Assembly (NCBI RefSeq): GCF_000011465.1
Contig: NC_005072.1
Span: 1,290,001-1,322,000, forward strand
DNA from: Prochlorococcus marinus subsp. pastoris str. CCMP1986
Lineage (GTDB): Bacteria; Cyanobacteriota; Cyanobacteriia; PCC-6307; Cyanobiaceae
DNA: 32,000 nucleotides
Direction of reading: 5' to 3'
Part shown: positions 20,770 through 30,516 of the stretch, one piece after another
Layout of the letters: each line of letters starts with the position of its first letter
How positions within the stretch are numbered: position 1 is the first letter of the stretch
Notes under the pieces: generated by a model
Seen by the model: the letters and a program-made list of their open reading frames with translations, nothing else
What the model was told of the DNA's origin: nothing
Databases searched by the model: none
Made by a program: the position numbers and the translations under genes

Positions 20770-21030
20770 GTTTTTTAGTTTTATTAACTTCAAAAAATAT
20801 TTCAAAATATGCAATTCACTTTCTGAAAGTTTCATAAATTCATTTAAAGCCTGATAATTATCTTCATCAAATTCATTGGCTATTTCCAAAAATTCTTTAT
20901 GATTTTCATTTACAAATCTCTCTGCAATTTGTGATGGAGATAACCCCTTATCAATCAAATTACCCGGAGCATTTTTCTCCCAATTTTTATAGAACCAAGA
21001 GAACCATAATTCAGTAATATTTTCTTTCAT
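20764..21030 (-). CDS. Hypothetical protein (88 aa)
   Basis: Intact ORF with natural composition; 6-bp tail-to-tail overlap with SDR gene. Confidence 0.6.
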   Translation of the reverse strand: MKENITELWFSWFYKNWEKNAPGNLIDKGLSPSQIAERFVNENHKEFLEIANEFDEDNYQALNEFMKLSESELHILKYFLKLIKLKNS

Positions 21031-21034
21031 TTAA

Positions 21035-21303
21035 TTAATCTGGGTATTTAATTTTAGATCTAGGAAATAAAAATAAACCAGAAATTATTGCAAATATTGT
21101 TAATAAACCTACAACAGGTGTAAAAAGAGGTTGTAGATTTATAAAGAAAAAATTTCCTGTATGAATTTTCATAAGCCAAAAAAATCCAATCCAAAATATT
21201 GAAATAAAGAATATAAGCTTCCACTAAGAACGGTTATTAATAATGGAATTACTGCTATAAGAGTAATACTTCTGTGAAGTTTTCTTGTTTTAGTTTTAAA
21301 CAT
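21035..21303 (-). pseudogene. Small PepSY/TM-like membrane protein split into two ORFs (21169-21303 and 21035-21172)
   Basis: Frame-corrected product MFKTKTRKLHRSITLIAVIPLLITVLSGSLYSLFQYFGLDFFWLMKIHTGNFFFINLQPLFTPVVGLLTIFAIISGLFLFPRSKIKYPD; break at coding-strand T7; not present as a single ORF in supplied track. Confidence 0.5.
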
Positions 21304-21566
21304 TATTTGTTTTTTCTAAGGTATTTGTGAAGATCTTTTTCACTTTCACAAGCCATCCACATTTCTTTTATTTTAAATGTTCCAGAGCAACCAAGGTCTT
21401 TAGCTTTTTCTTTGGCTTCACTTTCAGTTGAATAAGAACCTCTAAGATGAGCTTTTAATTCAATATCTATTAAATTAAATCCATAAATAATTAATAAGAT
21501 GTTTATTAATTTTAATTTAGAAATTAGATTAGTTTTTAAAGAATTTTTCATAATTAAATAGACCAT
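21303..21566 (-). CDS. Small secreted/periplasmic DUF3721-like protein; start probably at internal MKNSLK
   Basis: Leader helix then YSTESEAKEKAKDLGCSGTFKIKEMWMACESEKDLHKY. Confidence 0.7.
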   Translation of the reverse strand: MVYLIMKNSLKTNLISKLKLINILLIIYGFNLIDIELKAHLRGSYSTESEAKEKAKDLGCSGTFKIKEMWMACESEKDLHKYLRKNK

Positions 21567-21600
21567 TTAATTTCTAGTCTTCAATTTAATTATAAATTTA

Positions 21601-23022
21601 ATGCCTATTAAAAATAATTCAAAAAAGGAAGGAAAAATAAATTTTGTTATTGGGTTAGGAAGATCTGGTTTTTGGGCGGCAAAGTATTTAAGAAGTATTG
21701 GAAAGAGAGTTATTGTCTGGGAAAGTAAAGAAAATAAAGAACTTTTAGAAAGAAAGAAAATACTAGAAAAACTCGATATATCTGTTTGCTTAAATAAACA
21801 ATTTTTATTTGATGAGTTTTATAAATTTCTTAGACAAATTGAGTCTATTGTTGTAAGTCCAGCTATACCCTTTGATCATAAAACAATAATCAAACTTAAA
21901 GAACGAGGAATCGTCGTAATAGGGGAAATAAATATCGCATGGGAAAGTTTAAAGAATATAAATTGGATTGGGATTACTGGTACTAATGGGAAAACTACAG
22001 TTACTCACTTATTAAGTCATATACTAAGAGAAAATAATTTATTCGCCCCATTTGCAGGCAATATTGGGACTCCATTATGCGAAATTGCTTACTCAACAAA
22101 AAGCAAAAATATTGATTGGATAGTCGCTGAATTAAGCAGTTTTCAAATAGAAATAGCGACACATTGCATTAAACCTAAAATTGGAATTTGGACAACATTT
22201 ACTCCCGACCATCTTGACCGTCACAAAACACTTGATAATTATTTCAAGATTAAAAATAGCTTACTAAAACAATCAGAATTTAGAATTTATAATTACGACG
22301 ATCAATATTTAAAAGAAAATTTCAAATCACTTTTAAATGGAATATGGATAACTACTAATCCTAACGTATCTGATTCAGATCACTGTGATTATTGGATAAA
22401 TAATGAAAACTTTATTGTAGAGAGAAGGGAAAAATTATTGAGTTTAAAGAATTTCAAATTGAAAGGTAATCATAACACTCAAAATCTATTACTAGCTGTA
22501 GCAGCTGCAAGGAAAATTGGATTATCCACTGAGAGAATAAAGAATGCTTTACTTAGCTATGAACAACTTCCCCATAGAATGGAAACAATATTCCAACGTG
22601 ATGAACTTGAAATAATTAATGATAGCAAGGCTACCAATTTTGACTCTTCCGTAGCAGGTATAAATGCAATTAAAGGTTCTCCCATAATAATTTCTGGGGG
22701 TAGGTTAAAAAATGGGGATTCTATTGAATGGGTAAAGATTATTAATAAAAAAGCAAAAGCTGTATTTCTTTTTGGCGAAAGCTCGCAAACCTTAAAAAAA
22801 TTGATCCTTGAAGGAGGATTTAAGAATGATATTTTAACTTTTAATGATCTTTCAGAAGTAATCAACTACGCCTATTCTTATATAAAAAATAATCAATCTG
22901 AAACTTTATTATTTTCTCCTTCATGTTCGAGTTTTGATCAATTTAGAGACTATGAACAAAGAGGAGATATTTTTAAAAAATTAATCTATGAAAAATTCAA
23001 TATAAAGTTTATCGCGCATTAA
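21601..23022 (+). CDS. murD: UDP-N-acetylmuramoyl-L-alanine--D-glutamate ligase
   Basis: [73 protein letters not shown]. Confidence 0.96.
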
Positions 23023-23123
23023 AAATTTAGTTGGACTAATTCCAGGTCGGTCATTACAACCAATACACTACTAGCAAATTTCCTCTTATTTAGTTAAATT
23101 TTAAATACAAATTCGAAAGAAAC

Positions 23124-23438
23124 ATGAGTGAATCTAACAATTTACCTCAAGCAATAAGCCATAAAAAATTAACTTATTTGATGCTGAATGCACAAAAAGA
23201 TCTTAATGCCTCTGATGATAAAAAAAATATTGAAAGCTTAGAAAAACAAGAATTTGATGAATTAATAAATAATTGGGAGATCGTAACTAAAGATGTCATT
23301 AACACAATTTCTAAGCGAAATAAAAACTTATTAAAAAATAAATCTTCTAATTCCTTAATTGCGTTGGGTGCTATGGAAGTTCATCTAAATATGGCATTAC
23401 AAGCACTAAACGCATTCAAAAAAGACTCTTTAGACTAA
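23124..23438 (+). CDS. Hypothetical protein (104 aa)
   Basis: Intact ORF between murD and pirin, natural composition. Confidence 0.6.
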   Translation: MSESNNLPQAISHKKLTYLMLNAQKDLNASDDKKNIESLEKQEFDELINNWEIVTKDVINTISKRNKNLLKNKSSNSLIALGAMEVHLNMALQALNAFKKDSLD

Positions 23439-23441
23439 ATA

Positions 23442-24173
23442 TTATAGTTTTGGCATAGAGAATAAAAGCATATCGACGTAGGTATCTGATTGAATATCTA
23501 TACCGCTGAAATCAGAAATCTCAAATCCCAAACCGTCACCAGAAGAAAGCTTTTTACTTGATTTATTATTTTTATCTCTTACTATCAAATCACCCTCTAT
23601 TATTTGAATCCAATTAAATTTTTCTATTTCTGAAGGTAAATATTTTTTGTTTAAAAGGTTATATTTACATCGCCATATAGATATATCTTGATTTATAAAA
23701 AGCGGACATTTGTTTTTTTTAAAAGAATCAATAATCAGATTATTACCAGAAGTATTCTTAATCGAAATTTGATTATATGAAGGATTGAGGTCTTGAATAT
23801 CCGGATATATCCATATCTGAAATAATTTGCAGTCTGTATTTTTTTCATTTTTTTCACTATGAGTAATCCCTGTTCCTGCAGACATAACCTGCACTTCATC
23901 TTCATGAATTATTCCTAAATTATTTAATGAATCTCTATGTGTAATCTCACCTTTTATGACTATTGTGACTATCTCCATATTCGAATGAGAGTGAGTATTA
24001 AATCCTGAATTAGGAGAAATTATATCTTCATTAATTACTCTAATTTTTCCAAAATTATCCCAGATTGGATCCCTGTGTTCTGCAAAAGAAAATGAGTGTT
24101 TTGAATCAAGCCATTCTCTATTTGATTTAAATCTTTCATTAGATTTTCTGAACTTGAGAATATTTAAAGCCAT
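23442..24173 (-). CDS. Pirin family protein
   Basis: FSFAEHRDP, FNTHSHSNMEIVTIVIKGEITHRDSLNN, VQVMSAGTGITHSEKNE. Confidence 0.92.
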   Translation of the reverse strand: MALNILKFRKSNERFKSNREWLDSKHSFSFAEHRDPIWDNFGKIRVINEDIISPNSGFNTHSHSNMEIVTIVIKGEITHRDSLNNLGIIHEDEVQVMSAGTGITHSEKNEKNTDCKLFQIWIYPDIQDLNPSYNQISIKNTSGNNLIIDSFKKNKCPLFINQDISIWRCKYNLLNKKYLPSEIEKFNWIQIIEGDLIVRDKNNKSSKKLSSGDGLGFEISDFSGIDIQSDTYVDMLLFSMPKL

Positions 24174-24268
24174 CTAATTATTTATGAAAGATTTATAAAA
24201 TTTTATTTATTTTTCGGAAGGAGTCCAATTATGGCAGTTGAGAGAAATGAAAATTAGAAAAATTATAT

Positions 24269-24397
24269 TTAGAAATTTATTTTACTTTGTGCCTTGGTTG
24301 CTTTACTAATAATTTTTTTTGCCTCATCTCTTGTTAAACAGTTTTCTGCTTTAACATTTAAATTCTTTAGCTTTTGTAATTGTTTAGAGATTTTCAT
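24269..24397 (-). CDS. Untracked small ORF (42 aa), hypothetical
   Basis: MKISKQLQKLKNLNVKAENCLTRDEAKKIISKATKAQSKINF; helical, charged composition. Confidence 0.45.
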   Translation of the reverse strand: MKISKQLQKLKNLNVKAENCLTRDEAKKIISKATKAQSKINF

Positions 24398-24461
24398 CTC
24401 ATATTTAATATTTTCCTAAAGTTAACATATTTTCAAAAGAATAGCATTAGCTCTTATTACA

Positions 24462-24998
24462 TCACGAGAACTTTAATGAAGATTCTGATTGAAGTACTGA
24501 ATTATTAGAGCAATATAACGGGTGTATAGGATTTTGTTTTTTTGTTTTTTTTATAAAAAGCGGACCTAAGGGATTCACAAATTTATCTTTTTTTATTGAA
24601 TAAAAATTCATTATTTTTTTAGAAATTTTGTAATTCCTATTAAGAAAGATCCCTTTATTGCCCCAGCCCAACCACAAGTGACAATTTTTATTTTCAGACC
24701 AGTATTTTAAACTTTTATTTATAAATTTATTGTTTAAATAGCCAACAGGTTTCTTATGAGTGAATAATTTATCAGGTGTTTTGGAAATTAAAGCGAATAG
24801 ATTTATTATTTTAAGATTTCCATAGTTATAGTTTTTGCAGATTTTGATTATTTTCCTCGTTGTATTATCAATATAATTCAAATCTGAAAGGGATGGATTT
24901 AAACCTATGAAAATTATTTCTTTTTTTGATTTATTTATTTTAAAACTTAAACTCCATCTATATTCTTTATTTGTACTTATTAAACAACTTCTTTCCAT
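24462..24998 (-). CDS. DUF1643-like protein
   Basis: YRWSLSFKINKSKKEIIFIGLNPSLSDLNYIDNTTRKI ... NLFALISKTPDKL ... WGNKG ... HPLY. Confidence 0.75.
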   Translation of the reverse strand: MERSCLISTNKEYRWSLSFKINKSKKEIIFIGLNPSLSDLNYIDNTTRKIIKICKNYNYGNLKIINLFALISKTPDKLFTHKKPVGYLNNKFINKSLKYWSENKNCHLWLGWGNKGIFLNRNYKISKKIMNFYSIKKDKFVNPLGPLFIKKTKKQNPIHPLYCSNNSVLQSESSLKFS

Positions 24999-25008
24999 AA
25001 AGATTTTT

Positions 25009-25500
25009 TCAACCTAGACCCACGCCTCTCGCCATTAAAGTCGCGAAAAGAGGGATAGTTGCAAAACCTACTAATTCAGTTGTAATAATAAATCTGAATC
25101 TTTTTACAAGTTTTTCTGAGATCTCAGGTAGTTTATTTTTACTCAATGGTATCGCCCACAAAATATAAGTTGTTGTTGGGTATAAAGATAATAATCCAAC
25201 TAAAATATACAGAGATACTTTAATCCAAAAAATTGGATTTTCTGTATAAAAATCACCTCCTTGTCCAAAATATTTAACCCGTAAAATTCCAGTAACCAAT
25301 ATTGCAACCCCAGCTAAGCCATAAATAACATCTGCAACAACCATTGAAATAGTTTGGTTTCTATTAAGATCAACTTTTAAAGTCAGCCTTTCAAATAAAA
25401 GAGATCCAAAACAAAGAATGATTCCCAGGTAATGGATATAAGCAACTAATGCACTTTTAGCTATTTCACCCGTAAATAAAGTTCCTAGTAACATTTGCAA
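25009..25500 (-). CDS. DUF2214-like integral membrane protein
   Basis: YIHYLGIILCFGSLLFE, DVIYGLAGVAILVTGILRVKYFGQG, C-terminal FATLMARGVG. Confidence 0.75.
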   Translation of the reverse strand: MQMLLGTLFTGEIAKSALVAYIHYLGIILCFGSLLFERLTLKVDLNRNQTISMVVADVIYGLAGVAILVTGILRVKYFGQGGDFYTENPIFWIKVSLYILVGLLSLYPTTTYILWAIPLSKNKLPEISEKLVKRFRFIITTELVGFATIPLFATLMARGVGLG

Positions 25501-25581
25501 GTCTAAATTTATATATAATACTAGCTATTTAAATATATATCCGTCCAAAAATGCCTTCAGTAAAAAAGTAATTTTTAGATT

Positions 25582-26334
25582 TTAGGATTTTAGGAACCTT
25601 TTTTGTCCCTCCTGAAAAGAATCTTTTTTATTCCAGACCTCAACCACATCTGGGAAATGCTTTTCCATACAAACATCACAAACACCATGACTAAATCTTA
25701 TATCACTTATTTTCGATAGATATTTTTCTAAATGCATCCAATCACCATCATTATTTTTGACTTCTCTGCAATATGAACAGACTGATAATATACCCTCCTG
25801 TTTATGCAAATTAGATAAAGCCTCTAATAAATTGAGAGATTTCTTTCTTAACTCCAAAAAAGCAACTATTTGCTTAGATAATAATTCCATTACATTGAAT
25901 TGTTTTAGAGAAAGATTACCTGGTTTCCGATCGATAACACATAAAGTTCCAAGTTTATTACCATCTCTATTTTTAAGAGGAAACCCAGCATAAAACCTAA
26001 TTTTAGGATCACCAGTTACCAAGGGATTATTGATAAATCTTTCATCCTGAAAAGCATCCTGAATAATTAATGGGCTATTTTCTTGAATAGCATGGGTACA
26101 AAAAGACCAATCCCTTTTTGTTTCATTAATTTCGAGGCCCACTTTTGACTTAAACCATTGCTTATCTTTATCAACTAAGGTCATTAAAGATATCGGAACA
26201 TTACAGGTTGAAGCTGCTATTTTTGTAATATCGTCATAACAGGATTCTGGTTTAGTCCCCAATATTCTATATTCAGCTAATGCTTTTAACCTTCTTTCTT
26301 CTTCTTCCTTTTTAGGAATTAGATTTTGCATCAT
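25582..26334 (-). CDS. GAF-domain protein with C-terminal cysteine-rich region
   Basis: EYRILGTKPESCYDDITKIAASTCNVPISLMTLVDKDKQWFKSKVGL..., FYAGFPLKNRDGNKLGTLCVID; C-terminal CSYCREVKNNDGDWMHLEKYLS ... SHGVCDVCMEKHFP. Confidence 0.85.
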   Translation of the reverse strand: MMQNLIPKKEEEERRLKALAEYRILGTKPESCYDDITKIAASTCNVPISLMTLVDKDKQWFKSKVGLEINETKRDWSFCTHAIQENSPLIIQDAFQDERFINNPLVTGDPKIRFYAGFPLKNRDGNKLGTLCVIDRKPGNLSLKQFNVMELLSKQIVAFLELRKKSLNLLEALSNLHKQEGILSVCSYCREVKNNDGDWMHLEKYLSKISDIRFSHGVCDVCMEKHFPDVVEVWNKKDSFQEGQKRFLKS

Positions 26335-26419
26335 TCTTTTTGAGTTTTTAAACTTTAAAATTAATCTCTGTTTAAAAAACTTTTATCTATAAATACTTAA
26401 TAAAAAGAAGATAAACTTA

Positions 26420-27664
26420 TTAATTTGTTACTTTGTCACATAACTTTGAGACTGACTGTCCTGCAAGCCATCCACTCGTCCAACAATGTTGAAAATTGAA
26501 TCCCCCAGTGATTCCATCAACATCTAGAACTTCACCAGAAAAAAATAAACCTGGACATATTAAACTTTCCATACTTTTAAAATTAACTTCATTGATAGAG
26601 ACACCTCCAGAGGTGACAAATTCCTCTCCAAAGGGGCCTTTACTAGAAATAATATATTTATCTTTCAATAGGCTATTTATCATTTTCTCTCTTTCATTTG
26701 CAAGAAGATCTGACCACTTCTTATCTTTATTAATTTCCATTTTATTTAATAAGAACACCCACAACCTCCTTGTTAACAAAGGTAGAGGTCTTAAATTAAT
26801 TAAGTTTAATTTTCCATTATTAAATTTTAGGTTATCAATTTTTTCTTTTAACTCTTTATATTCAAGGTTTGTCCATCTAATTATTAAATTAAATTTATAC
26901 TTCTGGTCAAACAATTCTCTCGCAGCTATCGAAGAGAGCTTTAGGACAGCAGGGCCGCTAAATCCCCAATGAGTTATAAGTAAATCTCCTCTATTTTTGA
27001 AAGATTTGTTATTTAGTTGAATTTCAATATCTATATTTTTAATAGAGACACCACTACACTCATTCAATTTTTTTTCTTTTGTGGAGAAAGTAAAAAGGGA
27101 CGGGACAGGTCTGATTATACTGTGGCCAAAATTTTTAGCTAATTTATATCCACTAGGATGGCCTCCAGTAGAGAGAATAATATTTTTTGCAATTATCGAA
27201 AATTTTTCTCTATTAAAAATAGTAAAAAGGTTATCTGAAGTTTTTAAAATTTCTTTTACAAAAAATTTAGTTGATATCTCTACCCCTTTATTTATGGCAT
27301 TTTTTTTTAAGCAACTTATTACATCTAAAGATGAATCAGATACTGGAAATACTCTATTATCAGCTTCAATCTTCAAATTTAATCCTCTTTTTTCAAACCA
27401 ATCAAATACATCTCCAGCGGCAAAACGATTAAATGATTCCAAAAGCTTAATACCACCTCGAGGATAATTTTCTGCTAACTCACTCGGTATCCATGATGCA
27501 TTAGTTACGTTGCATCTACCTCCTCCACTTATTCTTACTTTCTCCATAAGTTTTGAGGAGCCTTCAAGAATTATTATTCTTTTAACACCATTTTCGGCGG
27601 CTGTTACTGCGGTCATGAAACCTGCTGCTCCACCACCAATTACTACTAAATCAAAAGGGTTCAA
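26420..27664 (-). CDS. HI0933/YhiN-family NAD(P)/FAD-dependent oxidoreductase
   Basis: DLVVIGGGAAGFMTAVTAAENG, KVRISGGGRCNVTN, FFSGEVLDVDGITGGFNFQHCWTSGWLAG. Confidence 0.93.
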   Translation of the reverse strand: MNPFDLVVIGGGAAGFMTAVTAAENGVKRIIILEGSSKLMEKVRISGGGRCNVTNASWIPSELAENYPRGGIKLLESFNRFAAGDVFDWFEKRGLNLKIEADNRVFPVSDSSLDVISCLKKNAINKGVEISTKFFVKEILKTSDNLFTIFNREKFSIIAKNIILSTGGHPSGYKLAKNFGHSIIRPVPSLFTFSTKEKKLNECSGVSIKNIDIEIQLNNKSFKNRGDLLITHWGFSGPAVLKLSSIAARELFDQKYKFNLIIRWTNLEYKELKEKIDNLKFNNGKLNLINLRPLPLLTRRLWVFLLNKMEINKDKKWSDLLANEREKMINSLLKDKYIISSKGPFGEEFVTSGGVSINEVNFKSMESLICPGLFFSGEVLDVDGITGGFNFQHCWTSGWLAGQSVSKLCDKVTN

Positions 27665-27858
27665 AAATGTAGGCTCTCAATATTTCCTTAATCTGATAAT
27701 AGTAATTCAATTTCATAAAAAAAAAAGTTTTTTTTAAATAAAAAATGCAACTCTTAGACTAAATTATCTTGAAATATGGAGAATAATAAATTAATGACAT
27801 TTTAAATTTTATGGTTTATATAAACACGCAAATATCTTTTATATATTATTTTAGTTAG

Positions 27859-28095
27859 ATGGTTAATTTATTTTCCTACGTCAAATATTCTGAAGCTAGC
27901 TTTCCAATGACGGGTCAATATACGGCTCTTTTGTTATTAACTTCAGTTATTTGGGTACTTCTTTGGATCGGTTATAGACAAAACAAAATAAACGATGAAA
28001 TAAAGAAAAAAGAGAAGGAAGAAAGAATTAACGCAAAGGCCGAAAGGAGAAGAAAGTTAGAAAGTTTATATCCGAATCGAAAAAATAATTTTTGA
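27859..28095 (+). CDS. Small single-TM hypothetical protein with charged C-terminus
   Basis: TALLLLTSVIWVLLWIGYRQNKINDEIKKKEKEERINAKAERRRKLESLYP. Confidence 0.65.
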   Translation: MVNLFSYVKYSEASFPMTGQYTALLLLTSVIWVLLWIGYRQNKINDEIKKKEKEERINAKAERRRKLESLYPNRKNNF

Positions 28096-28130
28096 AAAAA
28101 GATTTTAAGAAGTATTAATTAGAAGTTACT

Positions 28131-28268
28131 TTAATTTTTTGTATCGAATTCGCTTCTAGCCTTAATAAGCTTTGAAATTTCCAGGTTAAGTTCTTCTTCG
28201 GATTTAAAGCCTAATATGTCGAATGGTGCCAGACCCAGCGAAACATCATTTTTATTAATTAATTCCAT
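28131..28268 (-). CDS. Untracked small ORF (45 aa), hypothetical
   Basis: MELINKNDVSLGLAPFDILGFKSEEELNLEISKLIKARSEFDTKN; helical C-terminal half. Confidence 0.45.
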   Translation of the reverse strand: MELINKNDVSLGLAPFDILGFKSEEELNLEISKLIKARSEFDTKN

Positions 28269-28531
28269 ATTATTGATAATTTGTTTTTATGTTAGATAAT
28301 TATTAAATTAAAGTAATTGCTTGGTGATTGATTCAACATAATACTTACTGCTTTCAGATATAAATATGAAAAATATAAATTTTTTGATGAACTTCTTATG
28401 AATTTTCTTATTTATAAATCACCTTACAATTTTTTAGTATTAAACCTTATGTTAATTTCTTAAATTATCTGCTTCTAATGACTGTATGAAGACTTTATAT
28501 TATTTAAATATAAATATCAAATTTAAATATC

Positions 28532-28630
28532 ATGGAAACTAACAAATTAAAGTCTTTAATACAGTATCTGCCGGGTTTTATTATTCTTCTATACGTTTTC
28601 TTTTTAGCAATAACACAATTTATAAAGTAA
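28532..28630 (+). CDS. Untracked 32-aa single-TM small protein
   Basis: METNKLKSLIQYLPGFIILLYVFFLAITQFIK; polar N-terminus plus one TM helix. Confidence 0.4.
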   Translation: METNKLKSLIQYLPGFIILLYVFFLAITQFIK

Positions 28631-28652
28631 AAAATTTTTAGAATTATTAGTT

Positions 28653-29528
28653 TTGATTGGAATTTTTTCGGCCTTTGGAGCAGCAATATCATGGACTTAT
28701 GCATGCTTCATATGGCGTTCGCAAACCGAAAAGTATAAATCCATAGATATTAATTTAGTAAAAAATATAATCGCATTTCTAATTTTTCTTCCTGCATTTA
28801 TCAATCTCAGTGTTTTAAATAATTTAAAATCTATTATTACTCTATTATTTAGTGGAGTTATAGGAATAGGATTAGGAGATACTTTTTATATAAAGTCATT
28901 GCAGCTAATTGGTACTAGAAGAACTTTATCTATTGAAACACTATCTCCAATATTAGCTGCATTATCTGGTGAAATTTTTATTAATGAAAACCTAGCATTT
29001 AGGTCTTATCAAGGTATTTTAATTATATCAATTTCACTTTTCATTCTACTTAGGCAGAGAACTAATCTCATAGTTAATAATTTGACCAACATTACAGAAC
29101 GAAATAATTTAAGCGTTTATGTATTTCCATTTTTATCAGTTTTATGTGCTGTTTCAGGGGGTCTATTATCTCGAAAAGTATTTTTAGAAAGCAATCTATC
29201 TCCTTTCCAGGCAACGGAGATCAGGTTACTTGGAGCAATAATATTTTTAATAATAATAAAAAAATTTAGAATTAATTTTTTCTTAAAGAAATTAGATTTT
29301 AATGATCAAAAAAGATTTTTACTCTCAATATTATTAGGAACAAATTTAGGCATATTGCTTCAACAAATTGTTTTCAAGACTCTTCCTTTAGGCATAGGTT
29401 GGACTTTACTTAGTACCTCCCCCGTAATTTCTCTTTTTTTCGCAACTAAAGAAGAAGGACAGATAACAAAAGGTATAATATTCTTTACTACATTATTATT
29501 TTTAGGTTTATGTCTAATAATTATATGA
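28653..29528 (+). CDS. DMT superfamily (EamA) transporter
   Basis: About 10 TM helices, two repeats, GVIGIGLGDTFYIKSLQLIGTRRTLSIETLSPILAALSGEIFINE. Confidence 0.85.
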   Translation: MIGIFSAFGAAISWTYACFIWRSQTEKYKSIDINLVKNIIAFLIFLPAFINLSVLNNLKSIITLLFSGVIGIGLGDTFYIKSLQLIGTRRTLSIETLSPILAALSGEIFINENLAFRSYQGILIISISLFILLRQRTNLIVNNLTNITERNNLSVYVFPFLSVLCAVSGGLLSRKVFLESNLSPFQATEIRLLGAIIFLIIIKKFRINFFLKKLDFNDQKRFLLSILLGTNLGILLQQIVFKTLPLGIGWTLLSTSPVISLFFATKEEGQITKGIIFFTTLLFLGLCLIII

Positions 29529-29554
29529 AAGTTAAATCCATGTAATAAATACTC

Positions 29555-29722
29555 ATGTTAATAGATAAAACAATCAATAAAATAATCTTAGAAACGTTAT
29601 TCAATATGAAAGTTCTAAAGAAAAAGACACTTGGAATCTTTGAAGTATATTTAATTTTCTTATCATGCCTATATGCCGGATTTATAGGTTATAAGTCCTT
29701 ATTAAATATATTAATTACTTAA
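29555..29722 (+). CDS. Untracked small ORF (55 aa) with one TM helix
   Basis: MLIDKTINKIILETLFNMKVLKKKTLGIFEVYLIFLSCLYAGFIGYKSLLNILIT; start may be the internal ATG. Confidence 0.45.
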   Translation: MLIDKTINKIILETLFNMKVLKKKTLGIFEVYLIFLSCLYAGFIGYKSLLNILIT

Positions 29723-29723
29723 A

Positions 29724-29858
29724 TTAATTTATTTTTTGAGCCGACTTTACCAAGTGACCTCCATCTTGATCATCATCATCACTTGAAGCGAAAAATAAAC
29801 AATATATCCCAAGTGAAGCTATTGATATTGAAATAGAAAGGGCTGAAAGCTCGTCCAT
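29724..29858 (-). CDS. Untracked 44-aa single-TM protein with acidic DDDDQDGG motif
   Basis: MDELSALSISISIASLGIYCLFFASSDDDDQDGGHLVKSAQKIN. Confidence 0.55.
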   Translation of the reverse strand: MDELSALSISISIASLGIYCLFFASSDDDDQDGGHLVKSAQKIN

Positions 29859-29978
29859 TAATAAAAGTATATATTAGATACTAATAGAAAAATAAATAAA
29901 AATTTGTAAATTAATTAACCTTGTTAAAATATTTTTAATATGACAATTTAATTATAATGTCTATATTAATGTATTTTT

Positions 29979-30257
29979 GTGGTGAGAATTCTTATTAAAT
30001 CGCCATGCAGCGCCAGTTTAATAATTCAGTACGGAATAAAGAATTGGCCTATTTGGGAGCGCGAACCATGTAATTTTTCTTGGATTTACAGGGAAAAAGA
30101 AATTTGTTACATAATTGAAGGTGAAGCAAAAATTAAAACTGAAGCTGGAGAAAGTTACTTAATTAAATCAGGAGACTTGGTTGAATTTCCTGAAGGACTT
30201 TCTTGCGAATGGAAAATAATTAAAAGTTTGAAAAAACACTTTAGATTAGGGGAATAG
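29979..30257 (+). CDS. Cupin-domain protein
   Basis: WPIWEREPCNFSWIYREKEICYIIEGEAKIKTEAGESYLIKSGDLVEFPEGLSCEWKI. Confidence 0.82.
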   Translation: MVRILIKSPCSASLIIQYGIKNWPIWEREPCNFSWIYREKEICYIIEGEAKIKTEAGESYLIKSGDLVEFPEGLSCEWKIIKSLKKHFRLGE

Positions 30258-30345
30258 ATTTAAAAAAATATTCCCATAAATTAACTAATTTTGTTCTATA
30301 AGCTAATATAAATTAGTAAATTAATTGTTAAAACATAAATTTTTT

Positions 30346-30516
30346 ATGACTTTCACGGACAATGAATATTTCGAAGTTATCCAAAAAAACGAAACTGTCA
30401 AAGAAGCCTTCGAAACCATAAAACAAACATGTATTAATTTAAAAAATCAAACTAATTGCCCAGAAGAAGACATTGAGAGTTTTCTGATCTTTATTTCTAA
30501 ACAATGGGATAATTAA
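30346..30516 (+). CDS. Small hypothetical protein (track ORF opens at 30325; MTFTDNEYF start preferred)
   Basis: MTFTDNEYFEVIQKNETVKEAFETIKQTCINLKNQTNCPEEDIESFLIFISKQWDN. Confidence 0.55.
   Translation: MTFTDNEYFEVIQKNETVKEAFETIKQTCINLKNQTNCPEEDIESFLIFISKQWDN

Noticed and set aside
26496-27737. Plus-strand ORFs (158, 128 and 75 aa) opposite the HI0933-family gene
   Set aside because: Antisense shadows of a confident flavoprotein gene.
28504-28704. 66-aa minus-strand ORF MHKSMILLLQRPKKFQSK...
   Set aside because: Overlaps the start of the EamA transporter and the better 32-aa plus ORF; lacks a convincing domain or start context.
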